Source of the DNA: Chitinivibrionales bacterium
GTDB lineage: Bacteria; Fibrobacterota; Chitinivibrionia; Chitinivibrionales; WJKA01
DNA: 20,219 nucleotides
Reading direction: 5' to 3'
Assembly: GCA_038247415.1 (NCBI GenBank)
Contig: JBBRUX010000059.1
Span: 1 to 20,219 of the forward strand
Positions 1 through 8,773 of the stretch are shown in pieces (position 1 is the stretch's first letter; each line of letters begins with the position of its first letter). A model generated the notes under the pieces. That model saw only the letters and a list, made by a program, of their open reading frames with translations, ran no database searches and had not been told where the DNA came from. Both the position numbers and the translations under genes were made by a program.

Positions 1-119
1 ACGCAGACGCCCTTACGCAGACGCCCTTACGCAGACGCCCTTACGCAGACGCCCTTACGCAGACGCCCTTACGCAGACGCCCTTACGCAGACGCCCTTAC
101 GCAGACGCCCTTACGCAGA
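1..119. repeat. Perfect tandem repeat, 14-bp unit ACGCAGACGCCCTT, 8 full copies plus a partial; may continue left of the window
   Basis: Identical units start at 1, 15, 29, 43, 57, 71, 85 and 99, with partial ACGCAGA at 113-119. No spacers. The mazG stop codon (TTA at 111-113) lies at the last unit junction. Confidence 0.98.
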
Positions 120-896
120 GATACCCTTCTTCTTAGATTGCTCCCAAACCTCATCGAGCTCAGGCAATGTTGCAGTTTTGATATCTTTCCCAATGGCATT
201 GAAGTGATCTTCGATGTATCTGAATCGTTTAATAAATTTTTCGTTGGTTACGCGCAGGGCATCTTCTGCTGAGATGTTCTGATGGCGCGCTACATTGACA
301 AGAGCAAATATAATGTCGCCCAGCTCCTCTTCGGCGTGTAATAAATTGCCCGATGCTAATGCTTCCCGAAATTCACCGAATTCTTCTTCTACTTTGTCAA
401 GAATTGGCTCCGATGATTCCCAGTCAAATCCTACTCGTGCAACACGGCGCTGAATTTTTTCGGCACGAAAAAGGGCGGGGAGCGTTACAGGGATTCCATC
501 AACGAGATATTTACGGTCTTCTTTCCCTTTTTCTTTTTGTTTAATAGTTTCCCAATTTGCCAAAACCTCCTTTGAGCCCGACACCTGAGTTGTCCCAAAT
601 ACATGAGGGTGGCGTCTAATAAGTTTGTCCGAAATTTCGCGCGCGATATCTTCTATAGTAAAGCGGCCGTCATCGGTTGCTATTTGAGCATGCAGGGCAA
701 CTTGCAAAAGAAGGTCACCAAGCTCTTCGGTCATTTTATAGTTGTCGTTTTCGTCTACGGCTTCAAAAAATTCGTATGCTTCGTCGAGCAGACACGAGAG
801 AATGCTTTTATTGGTCTGCTCTTTATCCCAAGGGCAGCCGTTTGGGCCCCGCAAGATTGCAACAATTTCAAAAAAACGGTCGAGTTCTTTTCCCAT
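111..896 (-). CDS. mazG: Nucleoside triphosphate pyrophosphohydrolase MazG (tandem-domain type)
   Basis: LRGPNGCPWDKEQT, EAYE...EELGDLL, KLIRRHPHVFG, second domain KVEEE...EEELGDIIF, NEKFIKRF; 261 aa is typical. Confidence 0.96.
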   Translation of the reverse strand: MGKELDRFFEIVAILRGPNGCPWDKEQTNKSILSCLLDEAYEFFEAVDENDNYKMTEELGDLLLQVALHAQIATDDGRFTIEDIAREISDKLIRRHPHVFGTTQVSGSKEVLANWETIKQKEKGKEDRKYLVDGIPVTLPALFRAEKIQRRVARVGFDWESSEPILDKVEEEFGEFREALASGNLLHAEEELGDIIFALVNVARHQNISAEDALRVTNEKFIKRFRYIEDHFNAIGKDIKTATLPELDEVWEQSKKKGISA

Positions 897-899
897 ATG

Positions 900-1511
900 T
901 TAATATCCTTCCCAAGACCCTTTACCTAAACGGATGAGAGTCGGTTCTTCTGAAGTACAATCGATAATGGTAGATCCCTCGGGTGCAGATAAATCACCCA
1001 CATCGAGCATAATATCCACCTCGTTTTCAACTGCGCTAGCCACCGCATTGCTATCGCCCCGCAACGTCCCGGGGAGTTTTACCGATGCATTTGCTAAAGG
1101 GACTCCCAAGAGAGCAACGAGTGCCCGGGTAACGGGAGCATCAGGTATTCTTATTCCGACAACGGTGCGTTTAGGGCATACTTTTTTAGGTACCAGATTG
1201 GTTGCAGAGAGTAAAAATGTGTAGGGTCCAGGCAAGTACTTTTTCATGAGCTTAAAGGTTGCATTGGATATGTGGGCGTAGGTACTAACCTGGGCGAAAT
1301 CGGAGCAGATAAAAGAAAAGAGTCGCGTCTTATCTTTTTCTAAAAGGGCTCCAAGTCGATTCACTGCTTTGATGTTGGTGGCAGCAACGCCTATTCCATA
1401 CACCGTATCGGTTGGATACACACAAATACCATCCCGCGATGAGAGAATCGCGGCAGCTTGCGCCAGAAGCCGGGATTGTGGATTTATAGGATGTATTTGT
1501 AATCGTTCCAT
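900..1511 (-). CDS. Sua5/YciO/YrdC (TsaC-fold) family protein, YciO-like subgroup
   Basis: IHPINPQSRL N-terminus, YPTDTVYG, LPGPYTF, VGIRIPD, STIID...R.GKG. The ATG at 1511 (MERLQIHP) is preferred over the track's upstream start at 1538. Stop is 3 bp from the mazG start. Confidence 0.88.
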   Translation of the reverse strand: MERLQIHPINPQSRLLAQAAAILSSRDGICVYPTDTVYGIGVAATNIKAVNRLGALLEKDKTRLFSFICSDFAQVSTYAHISNATFKLMKKYLPGPYTFLLSATNLVPKKVCPKRTVVGIRIPDAPVTRALVALLGVPLANASVKLPGTLRGDSNAVASAVENEVDIMLDVGDLSAPEGSTIIDCTSEEPTLIRLGKGSWEGY

Positions 1512-1626
1512 AGAAATTAAAAATAGGTTGCGGAACAATGTGATTTCCCATTGCTCTTAACAACGTCCCAAGGGTATACTTTTATAGGAAGTGTCTTCAC
1601 CGTAAGTCTTTATCGGATGAGCTTAT

Positions 1627-1959
1627 ATGGCGTTAGAAATTGTAATTAAGCACGCGAAAAACATTCCAATTCTCAAGCTTACAGGCAGGGTTGTAGATGT
1701 TGATGTGAAGAAATTTGCAAAAAAATTAGAGGCAGTTGCTAAAACAATTGCCCCCCGTATTGCTATCGATGTGAGCGATGTCAATTTTATTGATAGTCAT
1801 GGGCTTGGGATCTTGGTGTACCATCATGCTGCATTGACAAAAAGTGGGCGCGCCTTGCTTATTCTTAATACCAATACCGATCCAAGCACCTATGTAAATC
1901 GTCTCTTTGAAATGACTCACCTCAATAAAGTAATGCTTGTTGTTGCTGAACTTGTTTGA
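1627..1959 (+). CDS. STAS-domain anti-sigma factor antagonist (SpoIIAA/RsbV-like)
   Basis: 110 aa; LKLTGRV, IAIDVSDVNFIDSHGLGILV with the conserved phosphoacceptor Ser (D-S-x-G), RLFEMTHL. Confidence 0.92.
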   Translation: MALEIVIKHAKNIPILKLTGRVVDVDVKKFAKKLEAVAKTIAPRIAIDVSDVNFIDSHGLGILVYHHAALTKSGRALLILNTNTDPSTYVNRLFEMTHLNKVMLVVAELV

Positions 1960-1982
1960 CCCGCCGATACACAAAAATATCC

Positions 1983-3212
1983 TTAGTTGTTTTTGAGAAC
2001 TTTTACAATTCGATCAATTGCTTTTTCAACATTTTCAAGGCTATTGAAAGCACTGATACGAGCGTATCCCTCGCCACATTTTCCAAAGCCACTTCCGGGT
2101 GTGCATACAACTTGTGCTTTGTTAAGGAGTGTGTCAAAAAAGCTCCATGAATCCTGATTCGTTTGAATCCAGATGTATGGTCCGTTTTCACCACCAACAC
2201 AATAGTAACCAAGGCTTGCAATTGCTTCCCGGATTAGTTTTGCATTTGCAAGATAGTAATCTATGAGACTTTTTGTTTGTGCTTGTCCCTCGGTGCTATA
2301 AATCGCTTCGGCGGCTCGCTGAACGGGATAGCTTACCCCATTGAACTTTGTAGTGTGACGACGGTTCCACAGCGCGTGGAGCTCGTGGGCAGTTCCAGAT
2401 GCATCATAAATTTTTACCGAATGCGGTATTACCGTATAAGCGCAGCGGGTTCCGGTAAATCCGGCAGTTTTAGAAAAACTGCGAAATTCTACTGCAACAT
2501 CGCGAGCGCCCTCAATCTCATAAATACTTTGAGGGATTTTTGGATCTCGGATGAAGGCTGCATAGGCAGCATCAAAGAGTATAAGCGCTTTGTTTTTGCG
2601 TGCATATTCGATCCATGCGGCAAGTTGTTCTCTCGAAGCGGTCGCCCCGGTGGGGTTATTGGGGAAGCAGAGGTAGATCAGGTCTACGCGTTGAGAAGGA
2701 ATGGATGGCACATAGTTATTCTCTTTGGTAGATTCCAAATACACTAAGCCCTGGTATCTGCCATTTTCAAAAACACCGCTTCTCCCGGCCATTACGTTAG
2801 TGTCAACATATACCGGGTACACAGGATCGGGAATTGCCACAGTAATATCGGTGCTAAAAAGCTCCTGGATGTTACCGGTATCACATTTGCCACCATCACT
2901 TACGAATATTTCGTCGGGAACTATTTTTGCACCTCGTGATTCAAAATCGAAAACAGCAATTTTTTCTCGCAGAAAGGCATACCCCTGTTCTGGGCCATAT
3001 CCTCTAAATGTGGCATCAACGCCCATTTCGTCGACAGCCTTATGAAAAGCGGTCAAACAGACCTGTGGCAGCGCCCGGGTAACATCGCCTATACCCATCC
3101 TGATAATGTCTTTGCCAGGGTTATCTTGTTGGTATTGGCCAACCCTTTTTGAAATATCTGAGAAGAGGTAGGATGCTTTTAGCTTTGAGTAATTTTCATT
3201 CATGCGAATCAT
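1983..3212 (-). CDS. dapL: LL-diaminopimelate aminotransferase
   Basis: [55 protein letters not shown]-lysine motif [20 protein letters not shown]. Confidence 0.97.
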   Translation of the reverse strand: MIRMNENYSKLKASYLFSDISKRVGQYQQDNPGKDIIRMGIGDVTRALPQVCLTAFHKAVDEMGVDATFRGYGPEQGYAFLREKIAVFDFESRGAKIVPDEIFVSDGGKCDTGNIQELFSTDITVAIPDPVYPVYVDTNVMAGRSGVFENGRYQGLVYLESTKENNYVPSIPSQRVDLIYLCFPNNPTGATASREQLAAWIEYARKNKALILFDAAYAAFIRDPKIPQSIYEIEGARDVAVEFRSFSKTAGFTGTRCAYTVIPHSVKIYDASGTAHELHALWNRRHTTKFNGVSYPVQRAAEAIYSTEGQAQTKSLIDYYLANAKLIREAIASLGYYCVGGENGPYIWIQTNQDSWSFFDTLLNKAQVVCTPGSGFGKCGEGYARISAFNSLENVEKAIDRIVKVLKNN

Positions 3213-3261
3213 GGTAAAACTCTTTCTGCAAAAAAACTGTTTGTTGTTAACTGCCCAATAA

Positions 3262-3290
3262 AAAATACGCTTTTTGCGCCATTGTTTGAA
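3262..3290 (-). promoter_or_regulatory. Putative sigma70-type promoter for dapL
   Basis: Minus strand TTCAAA-N17-TATTTT about 50 bp upstream of the dapL start. The AT-rich context makes this a weak call. Confidence 0.35.
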
Positions 3291-3435
3291 AGTGGAGAAA
3301 GGAATTATTTTAAAACGTATATTGCAAGAAGGCCTTGAGTTTCTTCATATCCTCCCGCATGGAATGCATGAGATAGGTAAAACCGCCTTCGGATGCACCA
3401 AAAAATTAAAGGGTTATTTAAAGAAAGGATAATGC

Positions 3436-4935
3436 ATGCAGGGTTCCCATATTGCAGTTATTGACATAGGAAAAACAAATAAAAAAATTCTTATTTTTGA
3501 TGAAAACCTAAAGATCCTTGATTCTGTGTATAAAACGTTCGAAGAGACTATCGAAAGTGATTTGCATTTGGAGCCCGTGGCCGAAATGGAACGGTGGTTC
3601 AAAGAAGAACTCAAAGGACTCTCTGCTCGTTATGCTATTAAAGCACTTTCGGTGACTACGCATGGTGCAACTGTGCTTTGCATTGACAAGAATGGGAAAT
3701 TATCGGTGCCTCCGGTAGCCTATACAACGGAGGCTTCCGAATTGTTCCGTGATGAATTCTATGCTACCTTCGGGACTCCAATAAATTTACAAAAAGAAAC
3801 AGCCACCGCAGAAGTTGGCAGTCTTATTAATCCGGGCAAAAAACTGTTCTTTCTTAAAAAACGCTTTCCCAAAGAATTCGCCAATACCGCTACCATCCTG
3901 GGCTATCCGCAATACTGGGGGTTTGTTTTTACGGGAAAAATTGGTGCTGATCCCACATACACCGGATGTCATTCGTATTTATATAATTTTGATAAAAAAG
4001 AATATTCTTCGGTTGCAAAAAAGCTTGGAGTCGATAAAAAACTCCCTTGGCCTATTTCAAAATCGTGGGAGGTGCTGGGTACCATATCGCCTGCTGTCTC
4101 GAAAGAAACGGGGCTATCCAGCGACTGTCTTGTCACCATGGGTATTCACGATTCAAATTCGTCTTTACTGCCGTTTTTAGTAAAAGGACATAAAGACTTT
4201 GTGCTCAACTCAACCGGCACGTGGTGTGTTGCAATGCATCCTACCGATACGGTATCCTTTGAGGCGAGTGAACTCGGGAAGCTTGTATTTTATAACCTTG
4301 ATCCTTTTAATCGTCCTGTCAAGACTTCCATTTTCATGGGCGGGCTTGAGTTTGAGGCGTATGCACGCATTGTGCAAAAAATGTGTGGAACCGATTCGTT
4401 TCCGGCATTTAATCATGCGGTCTTTCAAAAAATAATTGCAGAAAAGAACCTTTTTGTCTTGCCCTCTGTTGTAAAGGGAACGGGCATTTTTCCAACGGCG
4501 CTACCGTATGTGTATGAGAACGGAAAAACCTTTGATTTCGAAGATATCCGTTCTGGAAAAGCAATCCCTGCGTTTTTTAATAATTACGAGACTGCGATTG
4601 CCGTAACGGTATTATCTCTTGTACTGCAAACAAAAGCTGCTTTGGGCATTGCTGGTTTTTCGGGGACTGGTTCGGTATTTACCGAAGGTGGATTTAGAAA
4701 GAATGAATCCTATAATGCATTGTTGTCGGCTGTGTTTCCTAAGGCCACAATTTCCCTGACCCGCTTGGATCAGGCGACTGCATTTGGGGCAGCAATTCTT
4801 GCTAAAGCAGCAATTGATAAAACAGATCCTATGGCAACTGCGCAGTATTTTGACATTGAGCAGGTTCCTGTTCCAACCGAAGTGTTTACTGGGTTGGAAG
4901 AATACGAAACACTGTTTTTAAAACTTATAAAGTAA
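3436..4935 (+). CDS. FGGY-family carbohydrate kinase, resembling the rhizobial RhaK (rhamnose/rhamnulose kinase) type
   Basis: IAVIDIGKTNKK phosphate-1 motif, SVTTHGA, YPQYW, GCH, GIHDSNSSLLP, NSTGTW, EGGF; AAAGGA RBS upstream. The substrate is inferred. Confidence 0.85.
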   Translation: MQGSHIAVIDIGKTNKKILIFDENLKILDSVYKTFEETIESDLHLEPVAEMERWFKEELKGLSARYAIKALSVTTHGATVLCIDKNGKLSVPPVAYTTEASELFRDEFYATFGTPINLQKETATAEVGSLINPGKKLFFLKKRFPKEFANTATILGYPQYWGFVFTGKIGADPTYTGCHSYLYNFDKKEYSSVAKKLGVDKKLPWPISKSWEVLGTISPAVSKETGLSSDCLVTMGIHDSNSSLLPFLVKGHKDFVLNSTGTWCVAMHPTDTVSFEASELGKLVFYNLDPFNRPVKTSIFMGGLEFEAYARIVQKMCGTDSFPAFNHAVFQKIIAEKNLFVLPSVVKGTGIFPTALPYVYENGKTFDFEDIRSGKAIPAFFNNYETAIAVTVLSLVLQTKAALGIAGFSGTGSVFTEGGFRKNESYNALLSAVFPKATISLTRLDQATAFGAAILAKAAIDKTDPMATAQYFDIEQVPVPTEVFTGLEEYETLFLKLIK

Positions 4936-4967
4936 TGGTCCTATCATCTTTAAGAAAGGGATAAAGT

Positions 4968-5561
4968 ATGAAAAAAATTCTTGGTCTTGCATGTGGCGCG
5001 ATTGTTGGAGCTTCACTATTGTGCAGCGTTTGTGCTAGTCCGATTGTGTCTTTGCGCACGAGTATTGGAGTAATTGAGGTTGAGCTTGATTCGGCAAAAG
5101 CACCAAAAACGGTTATGAATTTCGTATCCTATGTTAAAAGCGGCTTTTATGATGGAACCGTGTTTCATCGAGTTATTCCGGGCTTCATGATTCAGGGTGG
5201 GGGAATGACCGCAGACCTTGCCGAAAAACCCACGGGCGCTCCTATCGAAAACGAAGCGTTTAATATGCTAAAAAATGCTCGTGGGACAATCAGTATGGCT
5301 CGCAGAGGCGATCCAAACTCTGCAACCGCACAGTTTTTTATTAACACTGTTGACAATGCGCCACTCAATTTTACCGAGCGATCGGGACAAGGGTTTGGGT
5401 ATTGTGTATTTGGTAAAGTAGTTAAAGGAATGGATGTGGTTGATAAAATTGCGGCGGTAAGTACCACCAATATGGGTATGTACCAGAATGTGCCGGTGAC
5501 ACCGGTTGTGGTACAAAAGGCTTCTATGGTTGTAGCTGCACCGGCAGCAAAAGGGAAATAA
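4968..5561 (+). CDS. ppiA: Exported cyclophilin-type peptidyl-prolyl cis-trans isomerase
   Basis: Signal peptide [70 protein letters not shown]. Confidence 0.93.
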   Translation: MKKILGLACGAIVGASLLCSVCASPIVSLRTSIGVIEVELDSAKAPKTVMNFVSYVKSGFYDGTVFHRVIPGFMIQGGGMTADLAEKPTGAPIENEAFNMLKNARGTISMARRGDPNSATAQFFINTVDNAPLNFTERSGQGFGYCVFGKVVKGMDVVDKIAAVSTTNMGMYQNVPVTPVVVQKASMVVAAPAAKGK

Positions 5562-5564
5562 GAG

Positions 5565-6776
5565 ATGCCTCAATCTGTCGTTGCACTGGTGCGATGTGAA
5601 TCATACGACGATACGGCGGTATGCGCTGCCGTTGCAAAAGGGATAGCGCTTTTAGAGGGCGCACAAGCCTTTGCACATGCGGGAGAAAAGATAGTTTTTA
5701 AACCTAATGTGCTTTCGTCCTCCGACCCTTCCGATGCGGCAATAGCTCATCCTGCGGTGGTAGGGGGAATATTTTCTGCGTTTGCGGGTTTGGGTGCAAC
5801 ACTTTCTTTTGGAGACTCGCCTGCCGTGGAGTCCTGCGCTGGGGCGCTCACACGCAGTGGCTATATGCCGTATGCCGAAAAATATGGGGTTGCAGTCGCC
5901 GATTTTGATGCGGGTCAGGATGTTGCAAACCCACATGGGGTGGTGCATCGAACCCTCCATCTTGCAAACGGTATTTGCGATGCCGATGGTGTGATTAGTA
6001 TCGCAAAATTAAAAACCCACGGATTAATACGGTATACTGGTGCAATTAAGAACCAATTTGGCTGCATACCCGGAATTCGCAAGGGTCAATATCATGCACG
6101 CATTCCGAATGTGTTTGATTTTTGTCAAATGCTTGTTGATATTAACGTAAAAGTTAGGCCCCGTTTGTTTGTTATCGATGGTATTGTGGGTATGGAAGGG
6201 AATGGCCCGCGCAACGGAGACCCGAGGCCATTAAATGTTCTCCTTTTTTCAACCGATCCGATTGCTCTTGATACCATTGCGGCGACCATAATAAATCTGG
6301 ATCCAGCTTTTGTTCCCACAATTGCGCTGGGGGTATCTGCACACCTCGGCACTTCCGATTTACATGAAATCGACATTGTGGGCGATTCACTCGATTCTTT
6401 TAAGTGCCCTACTTTTAATGTGCAACGCAAACCTCCATTAAGCGTTTCGTCAATTAATCCGATTTTTGGTGCGATCAAGAGCCGGATTATTCCTCGGCCA
6501 ACAATTGTTGCTGCACGTTGTACTGCCTGTGGAACCTGTGTTAAAGCCTGCCCGGTTGAGCCAAAAGCGCTTGCCTTTGCAAAAGGGGGAAAGCCACGAG
6601 TGCCACCTCGCTACAATTATGCCCGCTGTATCAGATGCTATTGTTGTCAAGAAACATGTCCTGCCCGAGCAATTAAAATTTATGAGCCACTAGGGAGTCG
6701 ACTACTTCCCCTATTCGTCAAATTTTGGATCGGGCTTGAGGGACTGAGGATTTTCAGGTCTAAAAAGAAGCGATAA
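5565..6776 (+). CDS. DUF362-domain protein with C-terminal 2x[4Fe-4S] ferredoxin domain
   Basis: VALVRCESYD, KPNVL, HP, GDSP, KLKTH, TGAIKNQFG, DGIVGMEGNGP; ferredoxin motifs CTACGTCVKACP and CIRCYCCQETCP. Confidence 0.9.
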   Translation: MPQSVVALVRCESYDDTAVCAAVAKGIALLEGAQAFAHAGEKIVFKPNVLSSSDPSDAAIAHPAVVGGIFSAFAGLGATLSFGDSPAVESCAGALTRSGYMPYAEKYGVAVADFDAGQDVANPHGVVHRTLHLANGICDADGVISIAKLKTHGLIRYTGAIKNQFGCIPGIRKGQYHARIPNVFDFCQMLVDINVKVRPRLFVIDGIVGMEGNGPRNGDPRPLNVLLFSTDPIALDTIAATIINLDPAFVPTIALGVSAHLGTSDLHEIDIVGDSLDSFKCPTFNVQRKPPLSVSSINPIFGAIKSRIIPRPTIVAARCTACGTCVKACPVEPKALAFAKGGKPRVPPRYNYARCIRCYCCQETCPARAIKIYEPLGSRLLPLFVKFWIGLEGLRIFRSKKKR

Positions 6777-6811
6777 AAAAAGGATATGGGCGAATGCTCA
6801 TATCCTTTTTT
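6775..6811. terminator. Bidirectional rho-independent terminator
   Basis: A7-GGATATGGGC-GAAT-GCTCATATCC-T6: a 10-bp stem (one G.U on the + strand) with A and T tracts on either side, between convergent genes. Confidence 0.9.
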
Positions 6812-6833
6812 GCACATGAAAATGCCTTGACGA

Positions 6834-7565
6834 TTAAGCTTTGAGGTTTGATTCCGCAAATTTCCAGTTAAGTAGATTGGTAAATACGGCATCAACATAC
6901 TTTGCACGCTGGTCTTGATAATCAAGATAATACGCATGCTCCCACACGTCAATGCATAAGAGTGGCGTTAATCCCATTTCCTGAGGAGTTTCGTGGTATT
7001 GCGTTCGAATCGCTTTGAGTGAACTGCTATCTTGTGCAATCCAGACCCAGCCGACACCAATTTTCATTGCTTCTTCGAGAACTCGTTTTTTTAATTGGTC
7101 TGCAGATCCAAACGATTTTAAAATTTTTTGGCCAAGCACAGAAGTAGATTCGGGAAGTTTCCCACCAGAAGGTATGAGGCTATTCCAATAGAACGTATGA
7201 TTTGAAAAGAGAACTGCAAGGGTGTGGACACTTTCGTCTATGAGAATTCCGTTTTGTGTTTCAAACATGAGGTACGAGAGTGGGCGATTTTGATATGCTT
7301 CATGACCACTGATATAATCCATGAGGGATGTATAATATCCCTTATGATGTTTATTATAATGAAGGTCTACTGTTTTTGCTGATATCGTGGGTTCTAAAGC
7401 AGAGAGCGCATAGGGAAGCGGGGACATGGTAATGGGCGAAAGTGGGGCTGCTGGCTTTTGGCCAAATGCTGGTGCGAGTAATGAGGCTGCGGCAGTTAGA
7501 GCCGCTGCTGTGGTAGTAGTTTTAAGAAAATCGCGACGATCGAGCGGGTCGTGCAGATTGTGCAT
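6834..7565 (-). CDS. Fe/Mn superoxide dismutase family protein with twin-arginine (Tat) signal peptide
   Basis: DRRDFLK + Ala-rich h-region + AFG cleavage site; LPYALSALEPTIS, LHYNKHH, NHTFYW, DVWEHAYYLDY (all four metal ligands present); AAGGAG RBS. Confidence 0.92.
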   Translation of the reverse strand: MHNLHDPLDRRDFLKTTTTAAALTAAASLLAPAFGQKPAAPLSPITMSPLPYALSALEPTISAKTVDLHYNKHHKGYYTSLMDYISGHEAYQNRPLSYLMFETQNGILIDESVHTLAVLFSNHTFYWNSLIPSGGKLPESTSVLGQKILKSFGSADQLKKRVLEEAMKIGVGWVWIAQDSSSLKAIRTQYHETPQEMGLTPLLCIDVWEHAYYLDYQDQRAKYVDAVFTNLLNWKFAESNLKA

Positions 7566-7583
7566 TAAAAACTCCTTGTCGTG

Positions 7584-8456
7584 TTAATTGACACGTGTAT
7601 TGATAAGTTTTGCGATAGAAATCAGCAGAGCGTTCTTGTTACCTAAAAATGCAACTTCTGCGCATGCTTGCTCTATGAGAATATGGGCATACTTTTTCGA
7701 TTCGTCAAGTCCGCAAATGGCAGGGAAAGTAGCTTTTTGATTTTCTCGATCCGAACCTGCATCTTTACCAAGCTGTTCGGTTGTACCTTCTTCGTCAAGG
7801 ATATCGTCAACAACCTGAAATGCAAGCCCAATGGCATTGCCATAGGCGGTTAAGTTTTTTAAGGCTACCGCATCGGCATTTGCAAGCAAGGCGCCAATGC
7901 GAATACAGGTTCTTATAAGGGCTGCTGTTTTATTAGTATGAATATATTCGACATCGGCTCGGGAAACGGGCTTTCCTTCCGACTCGATATCTACCACTTG
8001 TCCACCAATCATACCGTGGGTTCCAAGAGATTGAGCTGTTTCGGCAATAATATCGATGCGGCCAATTCTGGTAAGGCATTCGAATGCATAAATGCACAGC
8101 GCGTCACCGCCAAGAACTGCAAGCGCTTCGCCAAATGCCTTATGGGCTGTAGGTTTTCCACGGCGAAAATCATCGTCATCCATGCACGGAAGATCATCGT
8201 GAATCAGGGAAAAGGTGTGCAACATTTCGATAGCAGCACCTGCTAAGAGCGGAGCTTTGTCGGAAGGAGAGCCACCGCAAGCTTCGAATGAGGCCATGAT
8301 AAGCGCTGGTCGCAAACGCTTGCCGCCCGCAAACATGCTATAGCGCATGAGTGAATGAATGGAACTCGGGTGGAGATCTCCGGGTGGTAATACTTCTTCG
8401 AGAAGCGATTCTACTTTTTTTGCAATTTCTTTAAGATATTCTTGAGCATCACTCAT
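7584..8456 (-). CDS. ispA: Farnesyl/geranylgeranyl diphosphate synthase (polyprenyl synthetase)
   Basis: GGKRLRP, FARM SLIHDDLPCMDDDDFRRGKPT, GQ, KT, SARM FQVVDDILD, GKDAGSD. The start at 8456 (MSDAQEYL) overlaps the xseB stop (ATGAGTGA); the track's 8561 start lies inside xseB. Confidence 0.94.
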   Translation of the reverse strand: MSDAQEYLKEIAKKVESLLEEVLPPGDLHPSSIHSLMRYSMFAGGKRLRPALIMASFEACGGSPSDKAPLLAGAAIEMLHTFSLIHDDLPCMDDDDFRRGKPTAHKAFGEALAVLGGDALCIYAFECLTRIGRIDIIAETAQSLGTHGMIGGQVVDIESEGKPVSRADVEYIHTNKTAALIRTCIRIGALLANADAVALKNLTAYGNAIGLAFQVVDDILDEEGTTEQLGKDAGSDRENQKATFPAICGLDESKKYAHILIEQACAEVAFLGNKNALLISIAKLINTRVN

Positions 8457-8718
8457 CAATCGCATCTCCTCGCAGTGTTTGTGCGGATGTTGATCCAAGG
8501 ATTTTTTCGACCACTTCGCCATTTTCATTTTCGAGCAATTGAGAAATTTTTCCATCGGCACTTTTTAAATGCGCATCGCATGTTCGCATAAACGAAACGC
8601 CTTTTTCGAAATATTCGAGAGCTTGTTCCAGAGACAGGTCATCTGATTCGAGTTTTTCAACAAGCTCTTCGAGTCCTGATAAAGCTTTTTCGAAGGTAAT
8701 TTCTTTTTTAGCGGCCAT
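8449..8718 (-). CDS. xseB: Exodeoxyribonuclease VII small subunit
   Basis: TFEKALSGLEELVEKLESDDLSLEQALEYFEKGV...C...L..A..KI; canonical xseB-ispA coupling. Confidence 0.95.
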   Translation of the reverse strand: MAAKKEITFEKALSGLEELVEKLESDDLSLEQALEYFEKGVSFMRTCDAHLKSADGKISQLLENENGEVVEKILGSTSAQTLRGDAIDE

Positions 8719-8773
8719 ACTTTATAAAATAGTATAAAAGCAATGAATCAGCTTTTTTAAGAAGCCCCACTTT

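Noticed and set aside
1..119. CRISPR array or telomere-like repeat
   Set aside because: Units are contiguous 14-mers with no spacers and there are no cas genes. The context is an ordinary bacterial gene end.
1512..1538. N-terminal extension of the YciO-like ORF given by the track
   Set aside because: Family similarity begins at MERLQIHP (ATG 1511); the upstream start is a non-ATG codon without support.
3310..3348. Lys-rich mini-[15 protein letters not shown] on the minus strand upstream of dapL as an attenuator leader peptide
   Set aside because: The GGAGG is only 2 nt from the ATG, there is no convincing terminator/antiterminator pair, and the likely dapL promoter lies downstream of it. 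No lysine riboswitch features are visible either.
8457..8561. N-terminal extension of ispA given by the track
   Set aside because: It overlaps xseB in another frame. The ATG at 8456 gives the usual coupled start and a normal length.
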